DNA of 33,117 bases from Flavobacteriaceae bacterium (GCA_030638535.1 DAOWEM010000287.1:1-33117); one strand, 5' to 3'; positions 1-7,824 are shown, counted from the first letter of the stretch. The notes: generated by a model from the sequence alone, not told the origin. Made by a program: numbers and translations.

Positions 1-369
1 ATTCAGATAGAAATCATAAAAGCATTCTCAATAAAAGACGAATTCAATTTTGATAATTTAAAGCCATATGAAGATGTTTGTGATTACTTCCTCTTTGACA
101 CTAAAGGGAAATTACCTGGAGGCAATGGCTATACTTTTGATTGGAGTGTTTTAAACCATTACCCTTCAACCAAGCCTTACTTTTTAAGTGGTGGGATTGG
201 GCTGGGCCAAATTGAAAACATAAGGCAGTTTCAAAATAGTAAAGCTTCAAAATACTGCTATGCCATAGATGTCAATAGTAAATTTGAAATTAAAGCTGGA
301 TTAAAAAACATAGAACAACTAAAAGAATTTAAAGAACACGTCATTACGAAGAGAGAAACAACGAAGTAA
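1..369 (+). CDS. trpF: Phosphoribosylanthranilate isomerase, 3' part (truncated by window start)
   Basis: Frame +1 is open from base 1 to TAA at 367-369. It reads ...DYFLFDTKGKLPGGNGYTFDW...PYFLSGGIG...AIDVNSKFE..., matching the PRAI motifs, and lies directly upstream of trpB. Not in the ORF track. Confidence 0.93.
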   Translation: MQIEIIKAFSIKDEFNFDNLKPYEDVCDYFLFDTKGKLPGGNGYTFDWSVLNHYPSTKPYFLSGGIGLGQIENIRQFQNSKASKYCYAIDVNSKFEIKAGLKNIEQLKEFKEHVITKRETTK

Positions 370-458
370 TCTTTTTAAATGAAACAGATTGTTTCACAGC
401 TACGCTGCTACCTTCGAAACAAAAAATATTTTGTTTCTCGGTAATATTCGCAATGACG
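339..458. repeat. CGTC-tagged REP-like palindromic element with nested hairpins
   Basis: Terminal arms CGTCATTACGAA (339-350) / TTCGCAATGACG (447-458) are 11/12 complementary. Inner arms are GAAGTAATCT (363-372) / AGATTGTTTC (386-395). Extra hairpins are CAGC-TAC-GCTG (397-407) and GAAACAAAA (416-424) / TTTTGTTTC (429-437). Confidence 0.8.
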
Positions 459-472
459 AAAACATAAAAATT

Positions 473-1654
473 ATGAGTTACAACGTTAACGAAAAAGGCT
501 ATTATGGCGAGTTTGGAGGTGCATACATTCCAGAAATGCTTTATCCAAATGTAGAAGAGTTGCGCCAAAACTATTTAAAAATAATGGCAGAACCAGAGTT
601 TCAAAAAGAGTTCGATCAATTACTCAAAGATTATGTTGGTCGTCCTTCTCCACTCTATTTTGCGAAACGCCTTTCGAAAAAGTACAACACAAAAATCTAT
701 TTAAAGCGCGAGGATCTCAACCATACAGGAGCTCACAAAATCAATAATACTATTGGACAGATCCTTATGGCAAAACGTCTGGGGAAGCATCGCATCATTG
801 CCGAAACTGGAGCTGGACAACATGGTGTGGCAACAGCGACCGTTTGTGCTTTAATGGGTTTAGAGTGTATTGTATATATGGGAGAAATAGATATTGCCAG
901 ACAAGCACCAAATGTAGCACGCATGAAAATGCTAGGTGCTAAAGTAATACCAGCATTATCTGGAAGTAGAACATTAAAAGATGCTACCAATGAAGCCATT
1001 CGAGATTGGATTAACAATCCTATAGATACCCATTACATTATTGGAAGTGTCGTTGGACCTCATCCTTATCCGGATATGGTGGCGAGATTTCAATCTGTAG
1101 TTTCAGAAGAAATACTATGGCAATTACAAAAACACGAAGGTAAAACCAAACCTGATTATGTTATCGCTTGTGTTGGCGGTGGAAGTAATGCGGCTGGAGC
1201 TTATTATCATTTTTTAGAAGATGAAGATGTTAAATTAATTGCAGTAGAAGCAGCAGGGTTAGGTATAGATTCAGGTGAAAGTGCCGCAACTTCTGTTTTG
1301 GGAAAAGAAGGGATTATTCATGGTAGTAAAACTTTGCTAATGCAAACTAACGATGGACAAATTACAGAACCTTATTCTATTTCGGCAGGACTGGATTATC
1401 CGGGAGTTGGGCCAATGCATGCCCATTTATACAAATCTGGAAGAGCGGAATTTATATCAATTACAGATGATGAAGCCATGAAAGCTGGATTAGAGTTATG
1501 CCAATTGGAAGGTATTATTCCTGCAATCGAAAGCGCCCATGCGCTTGCAATTTTTGAACAGAAATCATTTAAACCAAATGATATCATTGTTGTGAGCCTT
1601 TCAGGTAGAGGCGACAAAGATTTAGAGACATACATCAACCATTTCAATTTATAA
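473..1654 (+). CDS. trpB: Tryptophan synthase beta chain
   Basis: Motifs [23 protein letters not shown] (PLP lysine), [29 protein letters not shown] and SGRGDKD. Start placed at ATG 473 because the longer 389 start lies inside the repeat. Confidence 0.98.
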   Translation: MSYNVNEKGYYGEFGGAYIPEMLYPNVEELRQNYLKIMAEPEFQKEFDQLLKDYVGRPSPLYFAKRLSKKYNTKIYLKREDLNHTGAHKINNTIGQILMAKRLGKHRIIAETGAGQHGVATATVCALMGLECIVYMGEIDIARQAPNVARMKMLGAKVIPALSGSRTLKDATNEAIRDWINNPIDTHYIIGSVVGPHPYPDMVARFQSVVSEEILWQLQKHEGKTKPDYVIACVGGGSNAAGAYYHFLEDEDVKLIAVEAAGLGIDSGESAATSVLGKEGIIHGSKTLLMQTNDGQITEPYSISAGLDYPGVGPMHAHLYKSGRAEFISITDDEAMKAGLELCQLEGIIPAIESAHALAIFEQKSFKPNDIIVVSLSGRGDKDLETYINHFNL

Positions 1655-1724
1655 CGTCATTCCGAACATAGTGAAGGAATCTCATCAAACAGATTGCCAC
1701 ATCACTTTGTTCCTCGCAATGACG
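1655..1724. repeat. CGTC-tagged REP-like palindromic element
   Basis: CGTCATTCCGA (1655-1665) / TCGCAATGACG (1714-1724) 10/11 complementary; GAACATAGTGA (1664-1674) / TCACTTTGTTC (1702-1712) 10/11; GGAATCT / AGATTGCC inner arms. Same family as 339-458. Confidence 0.82.
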
Positions 1725-1740
1725 AAAAAAAACACTATTT

Positions 1741-2505
1741 ATGAACAGAATAAATCAAAAACTTAAAGAAGACAAAAAGTTACTTTCTATATACTTTACG
1801 GCAGGTTATCCTAATTTAGAGGACACAAGTAAAATCATTCAAAATTTAGAAAAAAGTGGTGTAGATATGATTGAGATTGGATTGCCATTTAGTGATCCTT
1901 TGGCTGATGGACCAACCATTCAAACCAGTTCCACACAAGCTCTTAAAAATGGAATGACCACAAAACTACTATTTGAACAGCTAAAAGATATTAGACAGAC
2001 CGTAAATATTCCATTAATTATTATGGGTTATTTTAATCCGATATTGCAATATGGTGTAGAAGCGTTCTGTGAAAAATGTAGAGAGGTTGGTATTGATGGT
2101 TTAATTATTCCAGATTTACCCGTTGATGTGTATAACGACAATTACAAAACCTTTTTTGAAAAATACGGTTTAATAAATGTGTTTTTAATTACTCCGCAAA
2201 CACCTGTGGAGCGTATTAATTTTATAGATTCTATTTCAAACGGGTTTATATATATGGTAAGTAGTGCAAGTGTTACAGGAAGTCAATCTGGTTTTGGAGA
2301 CCAACAAACCAATTACTTTAAGCGTATTGCTGATATGAAACTTAACAATGCGCAAATTGTAGGCTTTGGCATTTCTAACAATAAAACCTTTACACAAGCA
2401 ACACAATATGCAAAAGGCGTAATAATAGGCAGTGCATTCATAAATCATTTAACAACTAATGGTGTAAACGCAATTAATAATTTTATCAGCACAATAAAAC
2501 AATAA
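1741..2505 (+). CDS. trpA: Tryptophan synthase alpha chain
   Basis: Motifs YFTAGYP, IEIGLPFSDPLADGPTIQ, MGYFNP, IIPDLP, VGFGI and IIGSA; follows trpB. Confidence 0.98.
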   Translation: MNRINQKLKEDKKLLSIYFTAGYPNLEDTSKIIQNLEKSGVDMIEIGLPFSDPLADGPTIQTSSTQALKNGMTTKLLFEQLKDIRQTVNIPLIIMGYFNPILQYGVEAFCEKCREVGIDGLIIPDLPVDVYNDNYKTFFEKYGLINVFLITPQTPVERINFIDSISNGFIYMVSSASVTGSQSGFGDQQTNYFKRIADMKLNNAQIVGFGISNNKTFTQATQYAKGVIIGSAFINHLTTNGVNAINNFISTIKQ

Positions 2506-2595
2506 TTATGAAACGAGCATGTTAAAATCTTTCTCACCTAAGGAAATGATTAATAGCGAACAGCATGTGACCTCTAAAAAAATAAATATAAACAC

Positions 2596-2814
2596 ATGAA
2601 AATGATAAACGATTGGAAAATTGTAATACTACTTTGCCTTACATTAGGCTTAGCACCTTTTTTTCCTGAACCACATATTTTAGGAAAACTGAAATGGATT
2701 TTAGGTGGAGCAAATGGTATGCAAGTAATGGATTGGTTTGATACATTATTTCATGGCTTCCCTTTTTTACTTTTAATACGATTAGTTTTTATAAAGTCTA
2801 TTTCTAAAAAATGA
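2596..2814 (+). CDS. Small membrane protein of unknown function (two hydrophobic segments)
   Basis: 72 aa with an A-rich initiation region, hydrophobic segments flanking LGLAPFFPEPH and DWFDTLFHG, and a 4-nt ATGA overlap with trmL. Confidence 0.7.
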   Translation: MKMINDWKIVILLCLTLGLAPFFPEPHILGKLKWILGGANGMQVMDWFDTLFHGFPFLLLIRLVFIKSISKK

Positions 2815-3263
2815 GTTTAAACATTGTACTTATTGAACCCGAAATACCTAATAACACTGGAAATATTGGAAGACTAGCTTTAGCTTCAGGGTCTAATTTA
2901 CACTTGGTAAAACCTTTTGGTTTTCAAATTGACGACACACGATTAAAACGTGCTGGATTAGATTATTGGCAGCATCTTAGTCTTCATATTTATGAAAATA
3001 TAGATGAATTTTTTAGTAAGAATAAAGGCAAAAACATGGTTTTTCTTTCAAGTCATGGCAAAAAAGACCATTGGTCCATTAATTTTAAAGATAATATGTT
3101 TCTTATATTCGGAAAAGAATCTGTTGGACTGCCAAAATCTCTAACTAAAGAACATTCTGATAGATTATATAAAATACCTTTATATAGCGAACATATTAGA
3201 AGTCTTAATTTAGCTAATGCTGTAAGTGTTGTGGTTTATGAAGGATTGAAACATATACGCTAA
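2811..3263 (+). CDS. trmL: tRNA (cytidine/uridine(34)-2'-O)-methyltransferase, SPOUT family
   Basis: Motifs PEIPNNTGNIGR, LKRAGLDYW, FGKESVGL and IRSLNLANAVSVVVYE. Confidence 0.95.
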   Translation: MSLNIVLIEPEIPNNTGNIGRLALASGSNLHLVKPFGFQIDDTRLKRAGLDYWQHLSLHIYENIDEFFSKNKGKNMVFLSSHGKKDHWSINFKDNMFLIFGKESVGLPKSLTKEHSDRLYKIPLYSEHIRSLNLANAVSVVVYEGLKHIR

Positions 3264-3265
3264 AC

Positions 3266-3296
3266 TTTGACTTTGATTAAAAAACTATTAGCTTTG
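3266..3296 (+). promoter_or_regulatory. Bacteroidota primary-sigma promoter (-33/-7) upstream of the accessory cluster
   Basis: TTTG (3266-3269), a 19-bp spacer and TAGCTTTG (3289-3296) fit the TTTG-N19-21-TAnnTTTG consensus. Confidence 0.7.
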
Positions 3297-3321
3297 TTTA
3301 ACTACTGATATAATCAACATG

Positions 3322-3340
3322 TGCTGAACTTGTTTCAGTA
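3322..3340. repeat. Short REP-like hairpin remnant TGCTGAA-CTTGT-TTCAGTA
   Basis: Imperfect palindrome seen directly. It resembles a flavobacterial GTCATGCTGAACTTGTTTCAGCATCT-type repeat (recalled, not verified). Confidence 0.5.
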
Positions 3341-3393
3341 TTAAAACTGACCATATCATAACATTACCTGCAAGCAAACAAAAAATAAGTGAA

Positions 3394-3909
3394 ATGATTA
3401 TAATACTTAATGGGTCTATAGGTATTGGCAAAACATCGGTTTCCAGGAAAATCAATGAGAGATTAGATGACTCCGTAATGCTTGAAGGAGATTACTTGGG
3501 AATAGTAAACCCATTTGAAATTTATGATGAAAACAGAATCGAATATTTATATCAAACAATAACACATCTAATTAAATTTCATAAGGATAATGGATATGAT
3601 AACTTTGTGATAAACTATGTTTTTGAAACAAACAATGACCTCCAAAAATTAGTTCATAAATTAGAAATCCTAGATGAAAAAATATCTTGTTATTGGCTTA
3701 TTTGCACAGAAGAAGAGCAAAGAAAGAGAATATTAAGTCGAAATAATAACCAGATAGAATGGGAATTGAAAAGAGCCATTGAACTAAATAGGATACTTTA
3801 TAATTCCAGTCAAATCGAATTTATAGGCGAAAAAATAGGGACTGACAATATGGTATTGGACGAAATTGCAGAAATTATAATACTGAAAACGTTGAAAAAG
3901 GTAAACTAA
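3394..3909 (+). CDS. Small P-loop kinase (AAA_33 / nucleoside-kinase-like)
   Basis: N-terminal Walker A GSIGIGKTS, LEGD, and a lid-like RKRILSR; 171 aa. Confidence 0.8.
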   Translation: MIIILNGSIGIGKTSVSRKINERLDDSVMLEGDYLGIVNPFEIYDENRIEYLYQTITHLIKFHKDNGYDNFVINYVFETNNDLQKLVHKLEILDEKISCYWLICTEEEQRKRILSRNNNQIEWELKRAIELNRILYNSSQIEFIGEKIGTDNMVLDEIAEIIILKTLKKVN

Positions 3910-3962
3910 AAATTTGTGTGTGGTGGTGAATATATTGCCTCGTCTTGAAATTAAAAGCCAAC

Positions 3963-4035
3963 AGTTAGCACAGTATAAAATTAATAATTTAGGTTTGTGT
4001 ATAAACAATTACTAATCTTATACAAACCGTTAAAC
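3963..4035. repeat. Degenerate attC-like hairpin
   Basis: GTATAAAATTAATAATTT (3973-3990) / CAATTACTAATCTTATAC (4006-4023) are 15/18 complementary. GTTAAAC (4029-4035) fits GTTRRRY 9 nt before the next ATG. The upstream box reads AGTTAGC instead of RYYYAAC. Confidence 0.42.
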
Positions 4036-4044
4036 TAAATTAAC

Positions 4045-5532
4045 ATGAAAAAAGTATTCTTACTTATCCTTGTGTTTTGCAATACAATGGTATTTTCTCA
4101 AAATTTTAATTCAAAATTAAAACCGACAATTGAAGAATTAAGAGAATTTATTTCTATTCCTAACGATGCTTTAGTAAGCGAAGATATTCTGAAAAATATA
4201 GAATGGCTAAGCAAAAAATTTAAAGACAGAGGATTCAAAACAACAATTATAAAAACTGAAGGGCAACCACTCTTTTTTGCAGAATTACCAAAAGTAACAA
4301 ATGCCAAGACTATTTTATTCTATATGCATTTAGATGGACAATCAGTCGAACCCCGAAAATGGGATCAAGATGATCCATATAAAGCTGTATTAAAAACAAA
4401 AAACAACAATGATTGGAAAACCTTGGATTGGTCTGAAATGGAAACCAAAATAAATGAAAATTGGCGTATTTTTGGAAGATCAGCATCTGATGATAAAGGT
4501 CCAATAGTGATGTTTTTAAATACCATTGATTTATTAAAAGAAAACAATACTTCCATTCCATTTAATGTAAAAGTAATATTAGATAGTGAAGAAGAAAAAA
4601 GCAGTAAACCATTACCAAAAGCCGTTAAGGATAATCGAGATCTACTTGCAGCCGATTATTTAATCATTAATGATGGGCCATTACATGTGTCGGACAATCC
4701 AACTTTAGCTTTTGGTTGTAGAGGTATTACAACTATTAATTTAACAACCTATGGCCCAATAAAACCACAACATAGTGGTCATTATGGAAACTATGCACCA
4801 AATCCAGGGTTTATACTTTCAAAATTATTAGCAAGCTTTAAAGATGATAATGGTAAAGTCACTATTGATGGTTATTACGATGGTATTACTATTGACCAGC
4901 AAACACAAGATATTTTAAAAAGCGTGCCGGATAACAGGCAACAAATTTTAGAAAACTTAGCAGTTAAAACACCTGAAACAGTTGGAGACTTTTACCAGGA
5001 AGCATTGCAATATCCATCTTTAAATATTAGAGGATTATCTTCGGGTTGGACTGGTAAAAAAGCTAGAACTATTGTGCCTGCAACTGCCACAGCTGCAATT
5101 GATATTCGATTGGTTCCTGAAAGTGATGGTCAACGATTAAAAGAACTAATAAGGCAACATATAGAAACGCAAGGGTTTTATATCACCGATAAAGAACCAA
5201 CCATGAAAGAACGTTTACAACATAATAAAATACTAACTTTTGAAAGTGGCTCAGTTACAAACCCTTTTAGAACAGATATGACACTTCCATTTGCAACTTG
5301 GTTGGAAAATGTGATGACAACAAATAATGATGACACTTTAGTTAAAATACGAATTATGGGAGGTACAGTGCCTATCTCTCCATTTATTAATGAATTGAAT
5401 ATTCCAGCAATATTAGTGCCTTTAGTAAATCCAGACAACAACCAACATAGTCCTAATGAAAATTTAAAAATTAAGAATATAAAATACGGATTACAAACAT
5501 TTTACAACATATTAAGCACACCTTTAGATTAA
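4045..5532 (+). CDS. Exported M20/M25/M40 metallo-hydrolase (DapE/ArgE-like)
   Basis: Signal peptide MKKVFLLILVFCNTMVFS-Q; metal motifs HLDGQ, GRSASDDKGP, SEEE and HSPNEN; HSGHYG in the dimerisation domain. Confidence 0.9.
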   Translation: MKKVFLLILVFCNTMVFSQNFNSKLKPTIEELREFISIPNDALVSEDILKNIEWLSKKFKDRGFKTTIIKTEGQPLFFAELPKVTNAKTILFYMHLDGQSVEPRKWDQDDPYKAVLKTKNNNDWKTLDWSEMETKINENWRIFGRSASDDKGPIVMFLNTIDLLKENNTSIPFNVKVILDSEEEKSSKPLPKAVKDNRDLLAADYLIINDGPLHVSDNPTLAFGCRGITTINLTTYGPIKPQHSGHYGNYAPNPGFILSKLLASFKDDNGKVTIDGYYDGITIDQQTQDILKSVPDNRQQILENLAVKTPETVGDFYQEALQYPSLNIRGLSSGWTGKKARTIVPATATAAIDIRLVPESDGQRLKELIRQHIETQGFYITDKEPTMKERLQHNKILTFESGSVTNPFRTDMTLPFATWLENVMTTNNDDTLVKIRIMGGTVPISPFINELNIPAILVPLVNPDNNQHSPNENLKIKNIKYGLQTFYNILSTPLD

Positions 5533-5536
5533 ACAG

Positions 5537-6154
5537 ATGCATTTTGATATACAGGCCAAAGATTGGGATAATGACCCAAAGAAAACAGAAAGAGCACAAA
5601 TCTTTGCAGAAGAAATCACAAATTATTTAAAGCCAAATAAGATATGGAATGCTCTTGAATTTGGTAGTGGCACTGGATTATTAAGTTATCAGTTAAAGGA
5701 TGACTTCGAGACAATTACACTTGTAGACAATTCGGAAGGAATGATAAATGTCCTGAATGAAAAAATAGAAAAAAGTGGTATCAAAAATTTTAAACCTCTT
5801 CTTTTAAATTTATTAGACGACAACTTAAACATTGGCAAGTTTAATGTGATTCTCACTTTAATGACACTACATCACATCCTTGATCTAAACAAAATTCTAA
5901 CAATATTTAATTCTATATTAAAAACCGATGGTTATTTATGCATCGCAGATTTGGTTAAAGAAGATGGATCTTTTCATAATGAACATCCAGGTTTCGATGG
6001 TCATAACGGCTTTGACAAAAATGAGTTAAGTAAGTTTTTAACAAATAGTGGGTTCAAGGTAGAATACTATAATCTATGCTTTGAGATTGAAAAAGAGTTG
6101 GATAATGACACTAAGGCCTATCCTTTGTTTTTAATGATCTGCAAAAAGCAATGA
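5537..6154 (+). CDS. Class I SAM-dependent methyltransferase
   Basis: Motif I LEFGSGTG, acidic VDNS, MTLHHI and LKTDGYLCIAD. Confidence 0.9.
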   Translation: MHFDIQAKDWDNDPKKTERAQIFAEEITNYLKPNKIWNALEFGSGTGLLSYQLKDDFETITLVDNSEGMINVLNEKIEKSGIKNFKPLLLNLLDDNLNIGKFNVILTLMTLHHILDLNKILTIFNSILKTDGYLCIADLVKEDGSFHNEHPGFDGHNGFDKNELSKFLTNSGFKVEYYNLCFEIEKELDNDTKAYPLFLMICKKQ

Positions 6155-6864
6155 TAATTTTTGAAAAGCAAATATGGCATCTATTAATTTTAATATTCCT
6201 TGTTTTAGGAATAATAGTGCTTACTAATCTTGAAAGAGAATTTTTAATAGGAAGCCTTTGGAATATTCCAACTAAAACATGGCTTATTATATCAGTTGTA
6301 ATTCCTGTGGTACACCAAATTTATGTTTTGCTATGTTGGAGACTAGAACTGCATTACAAATTATTAACTCGTAATATTGGAGAGAAAGCGTTTAATATTT
6401 ATTTAACAGGCTTTTTTATTTTTTTTGTTAGTCGATTAATTTTTATAATCCTTCTTTCTGAATCCAACAAAAACACTTTCCATTTAAGCAGTTTTCTTAA
6501 ATATTCAATTACTATAGTTCTCTCTATTATAGCAATTTATGCTTTCTATTCAGTAAAAAAATATTTCGGTTTTAAAAGAGCAGCTGGTTTAGATCACTTT
6601 GATTCAAGTATTGCTGAATTGCCTTTCGTAAAAAAGGGAATATTTAAATACACAAATAATGGAATGTATACATATGCTTTCTTGATTATATATTTACCAG
6701 CACTTTTAAATCAATCAAAAGCATCTTTACTTGCAGCAACTTTTAGCCATATTTACATTTGGGTACATTATTATTGTACTGAACTTCCCGATATTAAAAA
6801 GATATATAAAAAGACCTCTAACAGCAATGGCTCTAAAAAAACTCACGATACTGCATCACTCTAA
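6151..6864 (+). CDS. Integral membrane phospholipid methyltransferase-like protein (PEMT/ICMT superfamily)
   Basis: About 5-6 hydrophobic segments, G-D-F then KGIFKYTNNGMY, and a C-terminal ELPDIKKIY resembling the PEMT E-P motif. ATGA overlap with the upstream gene. Confidence 0.7.
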   Translation: MIIFEKQIWHLLILIFLVLGIIVLTNLEREFLIGSLWNIPTKTWLIISVVIPVVHQIYVLLCWRLELHYKLLTRNIGEKAFNIYLTGFFIFFVSRLIFIILLSESNKNTFHLSSFLKYSITIVLSIIAIYAFYSVKKYFGFKRAAGLDHFDSSIAELPFVKKGIFKYTNNGMYTYAFLIIYLPALLNQSKASLLAATFSHIYIWVHYYCTELPDIKKIYKKTSNSNGSKKTHDTASL

Positions 6865-6920
6865 AATCGTAGGTATTAAGTTTAGGATTGTTTTGGCAAC
6901 CCGATATTTATTGTTGTAAC
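6816..6920. repeat. Possible second, more decayed attC-like junction
   Basis: CTCTAAC (6816-6822); ACAGCAAT (6821-6828) pairs 7/8 with ATTGTTGT (6910-6917); GTTGTAAC at 6913-6920. Inner arms are poorly conserved. Confidence 0.25.
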
Positions 6921-6971
6921 TATTTGTAAAAAATTTAGTCTAACTTATTATCAATCAAAAAAACCAATCAA

Positions 6972-7505
6972 ATGAAATTAAAATCAATCCTTCTATTATT
7001 TACTATAATAATTGCAACATTAAGTTGTAAATACAAAGAACAAGACGGGCAACTTGACATTGTTCACAATGAAGAAAACAAAAGTGAATTATATTATCTT
7101 CTGAAACAAAAAGACAGCCTTATGTTTGAGCTGTCATTCAACCAATTAGATACAAGTATTCTTGACGAACTAGCTACAGATGATGTAGAATTCTATCATG
7201 ATAAAGGTGGAGCAACTTTTACCAAACAAGAATTCATTGAAGGTATGAAAAGTCTGGGGAACCTTTCCTACAAAGCAAGAAGAGAGTTAGTTAAAGGAAG
7301 TACAGAAGTGTTTCCAATGTATAAAAATGGAGAACTTTATGCTGCAATTCTAAAAGGAGAACATCGTTTTTATGCTAAAGAGCCTAATGATAAGCCAGAG
7401 TATCTAACGAGTACGGCAAAATATACTGTTTTATGGATTCTTGTAAATAATGAATGGAAAATGAGTAGAATTTTTAGTTATGACCATCAGACACCAAAAA
7501 AATAA
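6972..7505 (+). CDS. NTF2-fold (DUF4440-like) lipoprotein
   Basis: Lipobox TLSC after a hydrophobic stretch; DVEFYHDKGG, GEHRFY and WKMSRIFSYDH are typical of this family. Confidence 0.8.
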   Translation: MKLKSILLLFTIIIATLSCKYKEQDGQLDIVHNEENKSELYYLLKQKDSLMFELSFNQLDTSILDELATDDVEFYHDKGGATFTKQEFIEGMKSLGNLSYKARRELVKGSTEVFPMYKNGELYAAILKGEHRFYAKEPNDKPEYLTSTAKYTVLWILVNNEWKMSRIFSYDHQTPKK

Positions 7506-7627
7506 ACATCAAGCTAAGATAAGTTCCAAACTTATAAGAGATTGATATTGAGTGAAAAATTGCTGCCTTCGTTTAACAGCAGATAAAATGAAATAAAGAA
7601 TTTCTGAAACCAACTATCCTCGAAGCA

Positions 7628-7647
7628 GTCCCGATAGCTATCGGGAC
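7628..7647. repeat. Perfect 20-bp palindrome GTCCCGATAGCTATCGGGAC
   Basis: Exactly self-complementary, GC-rich against the AT-rich background, and sits in the loop of the left hairpin of the larger element. Confidence 0.85.
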
Positions 7648-7707
7648 ATAGAGGTATTTCGCTAGTTTCATTTTGCCCTTTGGTTCAAAAGCCATAATTC
7701 TGTATTT

Positions 7708-7732
7708 AGATTCCCGTTTTCACGGGAATGAC
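7708..7732 (-). repeat. REP-like unit GTCATTCCC-N8-GGGAATCT (dRS3-like core)
   Basis: ATTCCC-GTTTTCAC-GGGAAT at 7710-7729. The minus strand reads GTCATTCCCGTGAAAACGGGAATCT, sharing GTCATT...AATCT with the trp-operon repeats. Confidence 0.75.
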
Positions 7733-7824
7733 AATTTAAATGGAAACCCTGAGGCAGAGCCTCGAGGAATTCTTTTCGATTAAAACTCCTTTTATCAAAA
7801 CATTAACTAAACTTCAAAAAACCT

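Larger units (their letters stand above)
7611..7783. mobile_element. Non-autonomous MITE-like element with hairpin ends and nested repeats
   Basis: Related hairpin motifs at both ends: ATCCTCGAAGCAG...CATAGAGGTAT on the left and ACCCTGAGGC-AGA-GCCTCGAGGAAT (7746-7770) on the right. No ORF. Two other palindromes lie inside. Boundaries are approximate. Confidence 0.5.

Noticed and set aside
389-472. 28-aa N-terminal extension of TrpB in the ORF track
   Set aside because: It starts at a TTG inside the repeat. ATG 473 has an A-rich leader and matches where TrpB similarity begins.
344-2448. Minus-strand ORFs 344-568, 733-1017, 1396-1647 and 2236-2448
   Set aside because: Antisense shadows of trpB and trpA with no recognisable motifs.
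2508-2525. Micro-ORF MKRAC after trpA
   Set aside because: Five codons, no Trp codons and on the wrong side of the operon for an attenuator peptide.
3784-6919. Short ORFs 3784-4008, 4098-4307, 4310-4561, 4365-4556, 5178-5441 and 6731-6919
   Set aside because: They overlap well-supported genes in other frames or strands and lack motifs.
339-7783. Palindromic repeats as a CRISPR array
   Set aside because: Copies are dispersed, diverged and lack regular spacers, and no cas genes are present.
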